A stretch of 37,945 bases of DNA, taken from IMG/VR virus record IMGVR_UViG_3300043405_000007, positions 1 to 37,945 of that record; one strand, given 5' to 3'. The stretch comes from a virus (lineage: Duplodnaviria > Caudoviricetes). The position numbers and the translations under genes are program-made. Positions 15,829 through 26,520 of this stretch are shown one piece after another. Positions within the stretch are counted from its first letter, which is position 1. Every line of letters begins with the position of its first letter. The notes beneath the pieces were generated by a model. That model had not been told where the DNA came from. It saw nothing but the letters and a program-made list of their open reading frames with translations, and searched no databases.

Positions 15829-16821
15829 ATGGCAGCATTTCCCAATTTAACCGATATCGTCACATCGACGATTCAATCCCGTAGCGGCGCTCTTGCCGAC
15901 AACGTTTTGAAGCAAAATGCTCTTTTGGCACGTTTGCAACAAAAAGGTAACGTAAAACCGTTTAGCGGTGGTAACGTGATTTTGCAAGAAATCATGTACA
16001 ACGACCCTAACACGATTAACGCTGGCTCGTACAGCGGTTATGACGTTGTTGATATTACGCCTAACAGCCCAATCACTTCTGCACAATTTGACATCAAGCA
16101 ATATGCGGCAGCGGTAACCATCTCTGGTCTCGACCAATTGATGAATAGCGGCAAAGAGGCAATTATCGACCTGCTAGAAGGACGTATTCAAATCGCTGAA
16201 AAGCAATTGATGAACTCCTTGTCTGCTGGTTTGTATTCTGCTGGTACGGGTAACAGTGGTAAAGACATTACAGGTTTGCAAGCCGCAATCGCTGATGCTC
16301 CTAGCTCTGGCACTTACGGCGGTATTAACCGTGCAACATGGTCGTTCTGGCGTAACGTAGCCTTTAGTTCTGCAACTGACGGCGGCGCGGCTGCTACATC
16401 GGCAAACATTCAATCGTACATGAACCGTGTGGCTATTCAGTTAGTTCGCGGTAATGATGCGGCAGATTTGTGCGTTGCTGATACTAACTACTATCGCTTG
16501 TACCTTGAGTCCCTGCAATCCATCCAACGTATCGCATCTGAAGATATGGCTGGCTTAGGCTTCACTGCGCTCAAATACTTCGGTGCTGGTAAGTCTATGG
16601 ATGTGGTGCTTGATGGCGGTATCGGTGGTGCAATCGGTTCTAACCGTATGTACATGCTCAATACTGATTACATCTTCTTGCGTACACATCGTGACCGCAA
16701 CATGGTGCCAATCGGTGGCGAACGTCAATCGATCAACCAAGACGCTATCGTTAAACTTATCGGCTGGGCTGGTAACTTGACATCTAATGGACCGCAGTTC
16801 TCTGCTGTCCTCAAAGCCTAA
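15829..16821 (+). CDS. Major capsid protein
   Basis: 330 aa, strong SD AAAGGA, LADNV...NALL...SGG...YSGYD pattern, expected position. Confidence 0.88.
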   Translation: MAAFPNLTDIVTSTIQSRSGALADNVLKQNALLARLQQKGNVKPFSGGNVILQEIMYNDPNTINAGSYSGYDVVDITPNSPITSAQFDIKQYAAAVTISGLDQLMNSGKEAIIDLLEGRIQIAEKQLMNSLSAGLYSAGTGNSGKDITGLQAAIADAPSSGTYGGINRATWSFWRNVAFSSATDGGAAATSANIQSYMNRVAIQLVRGNDAADLCVADTNYYRLYLESLQSIQRIASEDMAGLGFTALKYFGAGKSMDVVLDGGIGGAIGSNRMYMLNTDYIFLRTHRDRNMVPIGGERQSINQDAIVKLIGWAGNLTSNGPQFSAVLKA

Positions 16822-16840
16822 TTTTAAGGAGTAACACAAT

Positions 16841-17140
16841 ATGGCAACACCATTCACAATCAGCGACGTAGCTGGCGCAGACCTTGTCTCCATTATCCCT
16901 ACTGCTGACATTACTAGCGGTGCACAGCGTCCTGCTGCTCGCCTAGGCACTCAGACATGGGGCTCTGACGGCAAGCAATACGTATATGCACAAGCTAATG
17001 CGGCTATTACAGCCTCGACAGCAGTGTGTACAGTTAACGCTTCGACCTTCCTAGCAACCGCATCGGGCGGCTCTTATACATCACCTGCCACCACAATGGC
17101 AAGTGGTGATTATGGCTGGTTCGCTAAAGCATCTGTGTAA
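16841..17140 (+). CDS. Putative capsid decoration/cement protein
   Basis: 99 aa after the MCP; SD AAGGAG; LGTQTWGSDGKQYVYAQA...GDYGWF. Confidence 0.6.
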   Translation: MATPFTISDVAGADLVSIIPTADITSGAQRPAARLGTQTWGSDGKQYVYAQANAAITASTAVCTVNASTFLATASGGSYTSPATTMASGDYGWFAKASV

Positions 17141-17152
17141 TAGGAATAGATT

Positions 17153-17521
17153 ATGTCTATCCCATCACGTTTGCTTGGTTCGGGTTTATCGCCTTTGGCG
17201 GCTACTAATATCTGTGGTGATGTGGCTACGGCTCTTACTGCTACGGGTACTACTAACGCTGATGCATTAGCCTTATCCGCTACTATCAATCTAGTATCCA
17301 CAACCGCAGCTTCAACAGGCGTACGCCTGATGTTGCCTGAGTCTGGTTCTGGTGTCGTGGTTATTAATAGCGGTGCAAACGCCTTGCTGGTTTATCCTGG
17401 CACGGGCGCACAAATCAACGCATTGACGGCAACTACTGGCGGCTTCTCAGTCGCCGCTGGTGGTCGTGCATTGTTTGTTGGTACAGGCTCGGCAAACTGG
17501 TTCGCCATTTTGTCAGCTTAA
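17153..17521 (+). CDS. Putative virion structural protein
   Basis: Ala/Thr/Gly-rich; cotranscribed with the MCP ahead of the terminator. Confidence 0.6.
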   Translation: MSIPSRLLGSGLSPLAATNICGDVATALTATGTTNADALALSATINLVSTTAASTGVRLMLPESGSGVVVINSGANALLVYPGTGAQINALTATTGGFSVAAGGRALFVGTGSANWFAILSA

Positions 17522-17526
17522 TCGGT

Positions 17527-17556
17527 GGGGGAGGGTTAACGCTCTCCCCTATTTTT
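17527..17556 (+). terminator. Intrinsic terminator after the capsid genes
   Basis: GGGGAGGG-TTAACG-CTCTCCCC followed by TATTTTT. Confidence 0.75.
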
Positions 17557-17582
17557 CATTTAATCCAAAAGGGTAACCCCAA

Positions 17583-18104
17583 ATGGCTAATTTAGCAGTT
17601 CGTTTTTATCAAGATAAATTATTACTCGGTTTCGCATCGGAACAAGCTGGACACCCAGTTTATGAAGACCGCGATTTTATCGAAATCAATGTCCCAGGGG
17701 ATATGAACAATGTCATTAACCGTGAAGTTACGGAAAAGGACAAAAAGGAATTTGCGGCATCGTATGCGCGTTATAAAGAAGGTTTAGAACCTAGCGTAGA
17801 TGGCATCCCGTTGGAAATGTGGGCGCGTTTAACAGCGGCTTCGGCAGCTAATTACAAGGCGCTGGGAGTTAAAACAGTAGAACAATTGTCGGAAATGTCA
17901 GACCAAACTTGCAATAAAATTGCAATGGGTGCAATGGCAGATAGAACGGCGGCAAAGGCTTACTTAGCCTTGGCGAAAGACAGTGCGTTAGCACAAAAGC
18001 AGGCTTTGGAAATTGAGCGACAAAACAATTTAATCGCTGATTTACAAAGACAGATTAACGAGCTTGCGGTTGAAAAGCCAAAGCGTAAAAGCAAAGAAGA
18101 GTAA
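17583..18104 (+). CDS. Hypothetical phage protein
   Basis: 173-aa ORF; GIPLEMW...LGVKTVEQLSEMSD and a C-terminal coiled coil. Confidence 0.7.
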   Translation: MANLAVRFYQDKLLLGFASEQAGHPVYEDRDFIEINVPGDMNNVINREVTEKDKKEFAASYARYKEGLEPSVDGIPLEMWARLTAASAANYKALGVKTVEQLSEMSDQTCNKIAMGAMADRTAAKAYLALAKDSALAQKQALEIERQNNLIADLQRQINELAVEKPKRKSKEE

Positions 18105-18107
18105 AAA

Positions 18108-19001
18108 ATGACATTACTAGAGCTTGTCCAAAATATGTGTTTAGAGGTGGGTATACCATCTCCGACACAGGTAGTCACATCACAGGATACGCAAATCAAT
18201 CAGATTTTTGCGTTGGCTAACAGGCTCGGTAATGACATTACACGAACATTTGAATGGCAAAAACTCGATAAAGAGTACATCCTTCAAACTGTCTCAACAA
18301 CGCTTAGAGGAACTACTACAAGTGGTTCTAAAATAATTACGGGTATTTCTAGTACAACTGGTCTTACCACTAATTATGGTATTACGGGGTCTGGAATAGC
18401 GCCATTCTCTCAAATTGTTAGTGTTGACAGTGCCACGCAAGTGACAATGAACTTACCCGCAACGGCATCGGATACGGTTAGTCTAGTATTTGGACAAGTC
18501 AACTATCCTTTGCCTAGCGACTGGTCTAAACAAATCCCGCAAACGGAATGGGATAGGTCAAACCGATGGCCATTACTCGGGCCAAATAGCCCACAAGATT
18601 GGCAGTCGTTCAAATCTGGCATTGTTTATGCTGGCCCTCGTTTGCGTTTCCGTATCCAAGGCAACACTATCGCTATCAATCCCCCACCCTCGGCTAACCT
18701 TAATTTAGCATTTGAGTACATCTCAAAATCATGGGTGTTGGCTGCTGATGGCGTGACGTACAAAAACAAATTCACAGCAGATACAGATACGTTTGTATTT
18801 GATGATTCATTGATGACAATCGGGTTAAAACTTCGCTGGCTACAAACCAAAGGCTTTGAGTACGATTACGCACAAAGAGAATTTGACAGCTTATTAAACC
18901 TATGCATGGGACAAGATAAATCCGCACCCAAGCTATCATTAGCGCCAGAAACAGGCAGTGTTTTACTGACTAACCGCAACATTAAAGACGGGAACTGGTA
19001 A
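18108..19001 (+). CDS. Head-tail adaptor / tail tubular A-like protein
   Basis: MTLLELVQ...WQKL...YPLPSDW...LKLRWLQTKG pattern with an inserted Thr/Ser-rich domain; expected position. Confidence 0.65.
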   Translation: MTLLELVQNMCLEVGIPSPTQVVTSQDTQINQIFALANRLGNDITRTFEWQKLDKEYILQTVSTTLRGTTTSGSKIITGISSTTGLTTNYGITGSGIAPFSQIVSVDSATQVTMNLPATASDTVSLVFGQVNYPLPSDWSKQIPQTEWDRSNRWPLLGPNSPQDWQSFKSGIVYAGPRLRFRIQGNTIAINPPPSANLNLAFEYISKSWVLAADGVTYKNKFTADTDTFVFDDSLMTIGLKLRWLQTKGFEYDYAQREFDSLLNLCMGQDKSAPKLSLAPETGSVLLTNRNIKDGNW

Positions 19002-20539
19002 TGGCTAAAGGACGCAGAATAGCAAGCACGGTAACCTATCCTGCGCCTGTGGGTGGGTGGAATGCGCGAGACTCACTTGCTGACATGGGTAAGTCTGATG
19101 CGGTTATTTTGGATAACTTTGTTCCAAAAACAACCGAAGTTGTACTGAGACCCGGCTCGACTAATCATGTAACAGGTATTACGGGAACAGTAGAAACCCT
19201 AGCGGTTTATGCAAAGCCGGGCGGGTCTTATTCAATGTTTGGCGCTGCCAACACATCTATTTATGATGTAACAACGGCTGGCGCAGTAGGCGCGGCGGTA
19301 CAAACGGGATTGTCTAATGCTAGGTTTCAATCGGTAAACTTTGCCACGACAGGCGGTAATTTTCTCTATATGGTCAACGGTGCTGATAGCCCTAGACTAT
19401 GGGATGGAACAACATGGACAGCTGTTACGGGCGCATCAACTCCAGCCATTACGGGCGTTACTACGGCTAATCTTGTCCACATTAACGTATTCCAGCGCCG
19501 ATTGTGGTTCGTTGAAAAGAACTCCATGAAGGTGTGGTACCTGCCCGTTCAATCCATTGGCGGCGCGGCGCAATCCTTTGATTTATCCTCTCTATTTGGT
19601 CAAGGCGGCTATCTTCAGGCTATGGGCACTATGTCTATGGATTCGGGTAATGGTATGGATGACCATGCCGTGTTTATCTCTAGTGAAGGTGAGATAGCTA
19701 TCTATAAAGGATATGACCCTTCTAGCGCGGCAACATGGTATCTCGTTGGTGTATTCTCGGTGGGTTCGCCCGTGGGTCGTCGTTGCTTTGCACAGTTTGG
19801 CGCTGATGTGCTTATTATCAGCAAAGACGGATTATTGCCAATGTCAAAAGCATTGTTAACAGCGCGGTCTAACTCCAGCATCGCTATTAGCGACAAAATA
19901 CAGCAAGCGATTAGCCAATCAACAAGTGATTATGGTACACAGTTTGGGTGGGAGACTACTATTTTCCCCGAGGAGAATCTATTAGTTTTGAATGTCCCTG
20001 CTGGTGGCGGAACGTCGTACCAATACGTCATGTACACCTTAAATGGCTCATGGTGTAGGTTTACTAATTGGAACGCATCAACATTTATCAGAATGGGTGC
20101 TGGTTTATATATGGGTGTTAATGGCGCAGTTGTAAAGGTTTACACGGGCGTAAGCGATAACGGCAATCAAATAAACGGCGAAGCTCTAGCTTCTTTTCAG
20201 TATCACGGCGGCATGAAATTAAAGCGCTATACAATGATGCGACCCGTTTATTCAGTAGAAAGTAGTACGGCAGGAATTATCCTAGGCTTAAATTTAGACT
20301 TTAATCAAACAGCACCAACAGGCATTCCTACATCATCGACTTCAACAGCTGGGGTATGGGGGACGGGTGTATGGGGAACGTTTGCATGGGGTGGAGGTTA
20401 TCAGGTCAATACTAAATGGCAATCCGTTGGCGGTGTTGGTTATTGCGCGGCGGCTCATATTAAAGTAGGTAGTAAGTCGTCAGGTTTTAAATGGCAATCT
20501 GTGGACTATGTATTTGAATCAGGACAAGGATTATCTTGA
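19001..20539 (+). CDS. Tail nozzle / DNA stabilisation protein (P22 gp10 or T7 gp12-like)
   Basis: 512 aa, beta-rich, PAPVGGWNARD N-terminus; lies between the adaptor and the GNAT gene. Confidence 0.7.
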   Translation: MAKGRRIASTVTYPAPVGGWNARDSLADMGKSDAVILDNFVPKTTEVVLRPGSTNHVTGITGTVETLAVYAKPGGSYSMFGAANTSIYDVTTAGAVGAAVQTGLSNARFQSVNFATTGGNFLYMVNGADSPRLWDGTTWTAVTGASTPAITGVTTANLVHINVFQRRLWFVEKNSMKVWYLPVQSIGGAAQSFDLSSLFGQGGYLQAMGTMSMDSGNGMDDHAVFISSEGEIAIYKGYDPSSAATWYLVGVFSVGSPVGRRCFAQFGADVLIISKDGLLPMSKALLTARSNSSIAISDKIQQAISQSTSDYGTQFGWETTIFPEENLLVLNVPAGGGTSYQYVMYTLNGSWCRFTNWNASTFIRMGAGLYMGVNGAVVKVYTGVSDNGNQINGEALASFQYHGGMKLKRYTMMRPVYSVESSTAGIILGLNLDFNQTAPTGIPTSSTSTAGVWGTGVWGTFAWGGGYQVNTKWQSVGGVGYCAAAHIKVGSKSSGFKWQSVDYVFESGQGLS

Positions 20540-20937
20540 TAACTATCGGTGAACACGTTTGTTTATGGGTAGCCGATAACATCGGTAAAAAGTATTTTGC
20601 AGGTTCTGGTCAAGGGATAGGGATAGAGAAAAACGGCGAAATAGTTTGTGGCGTGTTATTTGAAGACTATAACGGGCAATCTATTCAAATTCACGTAGCT
20701 TTAAAAGAAGGCGCGAGAATGACACGGGAATGGTTTAACACACTATTTGGATATGCGTTTAACCAATTAAAGGTGAAAAAAATTATGGGTGTAGTTGATT
20801 CTACGAACAAAAAAGCGCTACAATTCGATACACATATTGGTTTTGTAGTTGAAGCCACTATCAAGGATGCTGGAAAACACGGTGACTTGATTATTTTGAC
20901 AATGACGCGGCAACAATGTCGCTTCTTGAAGGACTAA
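20536..20937 (+). CDS. GNAT-fold protein
   Basis: FGYAFNQLKVKKIMGVVDSTNKKALQFDTHIGFVVE, in the usual podoviral position before the ejection genes. Confidence 0.75.
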   Translation: MITIGEHVCLWVADNIGKKYFAGSGQGIGIEKNGEIVCGVLFEDYNGQSIQIHVALKEGARMTREWFNTLFGYAFNQLKVKKIMGVVDSTNKKALQFDTHIGFVVEATIKDAGKHGDLIILTMTRQQCRFLKD

Positions 20938-20940
20938 ATC

Positions 20941-21741
20941 ATGGGAATCGGTAAAGCATCAGCACCTCCAGCGCCAGATTATGCAGGCGCTGCACAACAA
21001 ACAGCAGCAGGCAATTTACAAGCCGCACGTTCAGCAACACAGGCTAATCGAGCTAATCAATATACGCCTTACGGCTCACTAACTTGGGCGCATGACGCTA
21101 ATAATCCCGATAGCTGGACTCAATCAATAAACCTAAATGACACTGGTCAAAAGCTATTAGATGCAAGTAATCGATCTAGTCTAGGCTTGGCTGGTTTACA
21201 AGATAATGCCACTCAAAGAGTCGCAGATATGCAAGGAACGCCATTTGACTATGGCTCGGTAAAAGACACGCAAGACGCAGCTTACAAGGGCTATACATCA
21301 CGCCTAGACCCTATGTGGAATCAGGCATCACAATCTAACGATGCAAAACTAGCAAACCAAGGCATTGTGCAAGGCTCTGAGGCTTATAACAACGCTATGC
21401 GAACCTTCAACCAAGGTAAGAATGACGCATATCAGCAAGCTATGACTGGCGCAATAAACACAGCGCCGCAAACGCTACAAATGGCGCAGGCACTACGTAG
21501 CCAACCATTGAACGAACTAAACGCGCTTCGCAGTGGCTCACAAGTGCAAAACCCGCAATTTAGCAACTATTCAAATCAAGGGCAAACCGCTGGCGCTGAT
21601 TACATGGGCGCGGCAAATGCTGGATATGGTGCGGCTAATGATGCGGTCAATGCTAATAATGCAATGACAGGTGGATTTTTTAACGGATTAACTAGAATGG
21701 GCGCTGGCGCTCTTGCTGGTGGCTGGAAGCCTTGGGGTTAA
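20941..21741 (+). CDS. Putative DNA ejection/pilot protein 1
   Basis: MGIGKASAPPAPDY N-terminus, NQYTPYGS, Gln/Asn/Ala-rich, Gly-rich amphipathic C-terminus. Confidence 0.65.
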   Translation: MGIGKASAPPAPDYAGAAQQTAAGNLQAARSATQANRANQYTPYGSLTWAHDANNPDSWTQSINLNDTGQKLLDASNRSSLGLAGLQDNATQRVADMQGTPFDYGSVKDTQDAAYKGYTSRLDPMWNQASQSNDAKLANQGIVQGSEAYNNAMRTFNQGKNDAYQQAMTGAINTAPQTLQMAQALRSQPLNELNALRSGSQVQNPQFSNYSNQGQTAGADYMGAANAGYGAANDAVNANNAMTGGFFNGLTRMGAGALAGGWKPWG

Positions 21742-21744
21742 ATC

Positions 21745-23082
21745 ATGGCAGCACCTAGCATCGGAAACGACTTAGAACTAGCGCAGATTGATTATCAGCG
21801 CAAACAGCAATTGGCTGACGCTTTGCGTAAACAATCAATGGAGTCGCCACAAGGTCAAATGATTGGGCGTAGGTATGTCGCACCTAGTTGGACGCAAGGA
21901 ATCGCTCAATTGATGGAGGGCTACCAATCAGGCGAAATGGGTAGACAAGGATTGGACGAACTGCGTAACGCACGTCAAGCCTACGACACGCGCAATCAAG
22001 GTGAGATGCAGAATTTCATGTCCGCCATGCGCGGTACACCTGCGTCTGAAAGTCAAAACGTAGTCCCTGACGAATACGGGCAAATGGCTAATCAACCAAT
22101 TCAAAACCCAGCGCAAGATCCTAATCAAGCTAAAGCGCTAGCACTTGCTTTGCAATCTAAAAACCCAATGCTTCAAAGTATGGGTGGGACAATGCTTAAA
22201 GAAGAGATGTTCCCAGAAACAAAGGTCGTCGGAAGGTCTATTCTTACAAATAAAGGTAAGCTAATTGGAGTTGATCCAACGGTAGAGGCTGAAAGACTTG
22301 CAAAGACAGAAGAAGCGCAAAGAGCGCAAAAAGATAAGATTGACGCAGCAAGAGAACTCGCGGCACAAAGATCAATTGATGCCAAAGAGCGTCAAGCGGC
22401 AGAAATCGCCCTACGCCGTGAATTAGCAGGGCAAAGCAATGAGACTAGACGCGCAATAATGGCGGCTGGTCGTCAATCTGACATTCCAAAACTCAAACAA
22501 GGCGAAATTTGGAATCCAGCAGAACAGCGAGTAGATGCCGTAAAAGGTAGTGATACCTACATCAAACAAAGTGGTTTACATGGTAAAGACTATGCGGCTT
22601 TGAACGGTATCGACACTAAACTAGATAACGCAATCGAAACAATTGATAAGATTCTTGACCCTAAAAATAAAGATGCTTTCAATTCTAATTTTGGCGGTTA
22701 TAACGCGCTTATTTCTAATAAATTCCCCGGCAAAACGCAAGATACTCGATTAGCCATCGAGAGCTTAAAGTCAAACATGAAAAATGCAGGCTTAGAGATG
22801 ATGCGCTCGGGTGGTGCTATTGGTGCTATGACTGAAAAAGAATGGCCTATCGTAGAAGGCATGATTTCACGCATTGACCCAACACTAAGCGAAAGCGAGG
22901 CTCGCGCTGAACTACAAAAAGTAGCGGCTTACATGGGTAAGATTAAATCTAATGCCCGTGAAGCATATAACACCGAGTGGGGTAGCACTCAATATGTTAA
23001 ACCTCAATTAGGCGGCGCCAAACCTGACCAAACAAAGTCATCATCGCCAAAAGGCGGCGCTAAATTTTTAGGGTTTGAATAA
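21745..23082 (+). CDS. Putative DNA ejection protein 2
   Basis: Helical and Q/A-rich, lacks Cys, GAIGAMTEKEW motif; expected position. Confidence 0.6.
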   Translation: MAAPSIGNDLELAQIDYQRKQQLADALRKQSMESPQGQMIGRRYVAPSWTQGIAQLMEGYQSGEMGRQGLDELRNARQAYDTRNQGEMQNFMSAMRGTPASESQNVVPDEYGQMANQPIQNPAQDPNQAKALALALQSKNPMLQSMGGTMLKEEMFPETKVVGRSILTNKGKLIGVDPTVEAERLAKTEEAQRAQKDKIDAARELAAQRSIDAKERQAAEIALRRELAGQSNETRRAIMAAGRQSDIPKLKQGEIWNPAEQRVDAVKGSDTYIKQSGLHGKDYAALNGIDTKLDNAIETIDKILDPKNKDAFNSNFGGYNALISNKFPGKTQDTRLAIESLKSNMKNAGLEMMRSGGAIGAMTEKEWPIVEGMISRIDPTLSESEARAELQKVAAYMGKIKSNAREAYNTEWGSTQYVKPQLGGAKPDQTKSSSPKGGAKFLGFE

Positions 23083-24773
23083 TGCCTATCGCACGTTTTC
23101 AACTAGAAGATGGTCGTGTAGCGCGGTTTGAAGTGCCAGAAGGAACTTCGCCTGAACAAGCTCAATCTATGATGATGGAGCATTTTGCACCAACGCAAGC
23201 AACGCCTGAAATCAAGCCATTGTCAAAAATGGACAAAGTATTAAAAGGTGTAATAGACCCAATCGAAGGCGGCGCACAGTTACTAACCGAAATGCTACCA
23301 AAAAGCGTAGTAAATGCTGGCGATGCGGCTCAAAACTGGATAGCTGAAAAAACAGGCTTGATGAATAAACTTCCACGAGGTGGATCGCCTGAATTATTCA
23401 AGCAAAACGAAGCAGAATATCAGGCTAGGCGCGGTGGAGATACGGGCATGGATTGGGCGCGTATTGCTGGCAATGTAGTGAGCCCTGCAAACCTAGCTTT
23501 AGCGGCTAAATTACCAATGGCGGCTAAAGGCGCTGGCATGGCTGCTAAAACGGCTATTGGCGCTCTAGGCGGTGGTCTTAGCGCTCTAACTGCTCCAGTC
23601 ACAGAAGGTGAATTTTGGAATGAAAAAGCTAAACAGGTTGGCACTGGCGCATTATTTGGTGGAGCGACTCCTGCGGTAATGAACGGCGTTTCTCGGGTAA
23701 TCAATCCAAATGCTTCAAATAATGAAAAACTTGCTTTATTGTTAAAAGAAGGCGTTAAACCTACTATCGGACAAACATTAGGCGGATGGGCTAATCGGGC
23801 AGAAGAAGCGGCAACAAGCCTTCCATTTATTGGTGATGCAATTGGCGCGGCTAGAAATCGGGCAAAAGAACAATTTAATCAAGCGGCGGTTAACCGTGCA
23901 ACAGCCCCGATAGGTGCAAAAGTTGAAGGTATGGGAACGCAAGCGGTAAACGAAGCGAGTAATCTAATTGGAGATGCTCTTAATAAAGCTGAAAAAGCGC
24001 TTGTCGGTTTCTCTATTGATAAACAAGCAAAGACGGAACTTGATAGCCTAAAAGCCTTAGCATCTAGTGGGTTAGAAGGGCGAGAGCGGAACACGGTAAA
24101 AAAATACTTTAGCGATTACCTTAGCAAGCCCGCGTTAACTGCGGAGACATACACAGAATTAAATAGCAAACTTGGCGCAGATATTGCTAGATTTAAAGCT
24201 GGCGATGCTTATCAACAAAAGGTAGGCGATGCACTTGCAGAAGTGAAAGACATCCTTTCAAATAATGCCATGCGAGCTAATCCATCGGCAGCTGAAGATT
24301 TACACAAAGCAAGAGAAGCCTACGCTAATCTAGTTCGTTTAGAAGGCGCTTCAAAGGGCGCAAAATCAACCGATGGCGTATTTACCCCAGGACAGCTTTT
24401 AACTGCCGTACAAGGCGCTGATAGGAGCGTAAGGGATAGAGCAACAAGTCATGGTACGGCATTAATGCAAGACTTAGCAAGTGCGGGACAATCTGTTTTA
24501 GGTAATAAATTGCCAAATAGCGGAACGGCTGACCGCATGATTTATGGCGGCGGCATTCTTGGACTTGGCGCAGGTGGCATGGCTAGTTTGCCAGCCACAG
24601 CCGCATTAGTTGGTAGTGGTGTAGCGGCTTATACGCCACTTGGTCAATCTTTGCTTCGTGGCGCAGTAAGTGTGAGACCAGAAAACGCCCAAGCGATAGC
24701 CCAAGCGCTCCGCAATCGTAGCATTATGTTCGCTCCTGCGGCTGGCGCTGCTGGCGCGGAGTTTTTGAAATAG
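23082..24773 (+). CDS. Putative DNA ejection protein 3
   Basis: Ala/Gly-rich with hydrophobic GA stretches, PTIGQ and PNSGTADR motifs; expected position. Confidence 0.6.
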   Translation: MPIARFQLEDGRVARFEVPEGTSPEQAQSMMMEHFAPTQATPEIKPLSKMDKVLKGVIDPIEGGAQLLTEMLPKSVVNAGDAAQNWIAEKTGLMNKLPRGGSPELFKQNEAEYQARRGGDTGMDWARIAGNVVSPANLALAAKLPMAAKGAGMAAKTAIGALGGGLSALTAPVTEGEFWNEKAKQVGTGALFGGATPAVMNGVSRVINPNASNNEKLALLLKEGVKPTIGQTLGGWANRAEEAATSLPFIGDAIGAARNRAKEQFNQAAVNRATAPIGAKVEGMGTQAVNEASNLIGDALNKAEKALVGFSIDKQAKTELDSLKALASSGLEGRERNTVKKYFSDYLSKPALTAETYTELNSKLGADIARFKAGDAYQQKVGDALAEVKDILSNNAMRANPSAAEDLHKAREAYANLVRLEGASKGAKSTDGVFTPGQLLTAVQGADRSVRDRATSHGTALMQDLASAGQSVLGNKLPNSGTADRMIYGGGILGLGAGGMASLPATAALVGSGVAAYTPLGQSLLRGAVSVRPENAQAIAQALRNRSIMFAPAAGAAGAEFLK

Positions 24774-24847
24774 CGCGGCAAAGAGTACGGTAGAAACAGA
24801 AGTAATTGAAATACTTAATAATTGATTGTCAGTCATAGGGGAAAATT

Positions 24848-26224
24848 ATGCCTTTTAACGGTTCAGGAACATTTACAGTATATACGCCAGGCAATCCAAT
24901 TGCCAATGGCGATACAAGCAACGCTGTCTACTTTAATAATACGATGACAGATTTTGCTACGGGGCTTTCTAACACAATGACGAAAGATGGTCAAGGTGTA
25001 CCAACGGCAAATATACCAATGGGTAATAATAAGCTCACGGGTTTAGCCAACGGAACAATCTCAACCGATGCGGCGGCTTATGGTCAAGTCACAGCGGCAA
25101 TTACAACAGCGGCGGCAGCGGCACAAAATGGCTCGCAAACCTATTTAACATCAGTATCTGGTACTAACACTATCACGGCTACGCTTACAGGTTTAACCGC
25201 TTACACGGCAGGTTTAACGGTACGGTTTACAGCGGCAGGCGCTAACACAGGCGCAGTCACACTAAATATTGGCTCACTAGGTGCTATCAATTTAGTACGT
25301 GCCGATGGTGTCGCATTGGTTACAGGCGATATTTTGTCTGCTGGAACTTATGAGGCGGTTTATGACGGAACTTCATTTAAATTGCAGGGCTCGGTAGCGG
25401 CAAGTCAAATAGCAGGATTTTCAGCTCCTATACCTATTCCTGTAAGACAAACCGTATTATCAGGGCCAGTAGATTCTAGTGGTTTTTCTGCTTTTGGAGG
25501 ATCAACAGGATCAGCAACTGTAACGGCAGCAGGAACTTTAGTATCAGCCGCAGCAAATGGATTTGGATCAAGCGGACAGGTTGATAGGATTGGTTCTATC
25601 GTCAATCCGTCATGGGCTGGCTTATCAACAAACGGAACAATGTACCTTTATCTTGATATTGCATCTAATGGTACATGTACAACAGGAAGTACAACGCTTG
25701 CACCTACATACCAATGGGGTGGTGCATATAGCACGACAAATAATCAATTCACATTCAATATCCAAGAAATGGTTGGTAAGGTTGGGAATGGGGCAACATC
25801 AGCTCAAACTTATCGAGTATTTGTTGGTGAAGTTACGGTAGCTGGCGGTGTTGTTGCGGCGATTGTTTGGTATGCGCTTATGGGGCGATATACTAGCGCA
25901 ACGACAAACACATTGCCCGCGGCTAATACACAAACATCGTTCAACCATAATATCGGCGTTATTCCGAAAAGAACAAATTTAATTATTACATGTATCACCG
26001 CCCAATCTGGGTATGTGGCTGGTGAACAAGTTGGACAAGTAAGTACAGTAGATACTGTTGGCGGATCTAATCCATACTCATCTCTTAGGGCAACTAGAAA
26101 TGTGATGTCAATATCAACATCGGATAATCAGGCTTTTAGAACTAATCCTACGGCTGGCGGTGTTGGAGTAGCTCTTACAGCAGCTAATTTTTCATATCGT
26201 GCAGAAGCTGAAAGGGGCTGGTAA
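24848..26224 (+). CDS. Tail fibre protein
   Basis: MPFNGSGTF...DFATGLSNTMTKDGQ...MGNNKLTGLANGT...DAA anchor pattern followed by Thr/Gly/Ser-rich beta domains. Confidence 0.75.
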   Translation: MPFNGSGTFTVYTPGNPIANGDTSNAVYFNNTMTDFATGLSNTMTKDGQGVPTANIPMGNNKLTGLANGTISTDAAAYGQVTAAITTAAAAAQNGSQTYLTSVSGTNTITATLTGLTAYTAGLTVRFTAAGANTGAVTLNIGSLGAINLVRADGVALVTGDILSAGTYEAVYDGTSFKLQGSVAASQIAGFSAPIPIPVRQTVLSGPVDSSGFSAFGGSTGSATVTAAGTLVSAAANGFGSSGQVDRIGSIVNPSWAGLSTNGTMYLYLDIASNGTCTTGSTTLAPTYQWGGAYSTTNNQFTFNIQEMVGKVGNGATSAQTYRVFVGEVTVAGGVVAAIVWYALMGRYTSATTNTLPAANTQTSFNHNIGVIPKRTNLIITCITAQSGYVAGEQVGQVSTVDTVGGSNPYSSLRATRNVMSISTSDNQAFRTNPTAGGVGVALTAANFSYRAEAERGW

Positions 26225-26520
26225 TGTATATCAATAAACAGGGCAATCTATATCAAGGCGACTGTGTTATAGGTGACCGCGAGGCTACGCAAGCTGAGAT
26301 TTCGGCTTACGTTGCGGCACGAACGCCTGACCCAAAAGACGCAATCCGCGCTCAAATTAAAAAGCTAGAGCAGGATCAGCTTATGCCTAGGGCTACACGC
26401 GAGTTTATGATTCTATTCATGGAAACATCATTCACACCTGCACAGCTTGCACAAAACATTGGATACGTTGGCATTAAAGCCTTCGATAACTCAATTAAAG
26501 CGCTACGCGACCAGTTGTAA
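26224..26520 (+). CDS. Putative tail fibre assembly chaperone
   Basis: TAATG-coupled to the fibre gene; QIKKLE...PRATRE...IKALRDQL. Confidence 0.55.
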   Translation: MYINKQGNLYQGDCVIGDREATQAEISAYVAARTPDPKDAIRAQIKKLEQDQLMPRATREFMILFMETSFTPAQLAQNIGYVGIKAFDNSIKALRDQL

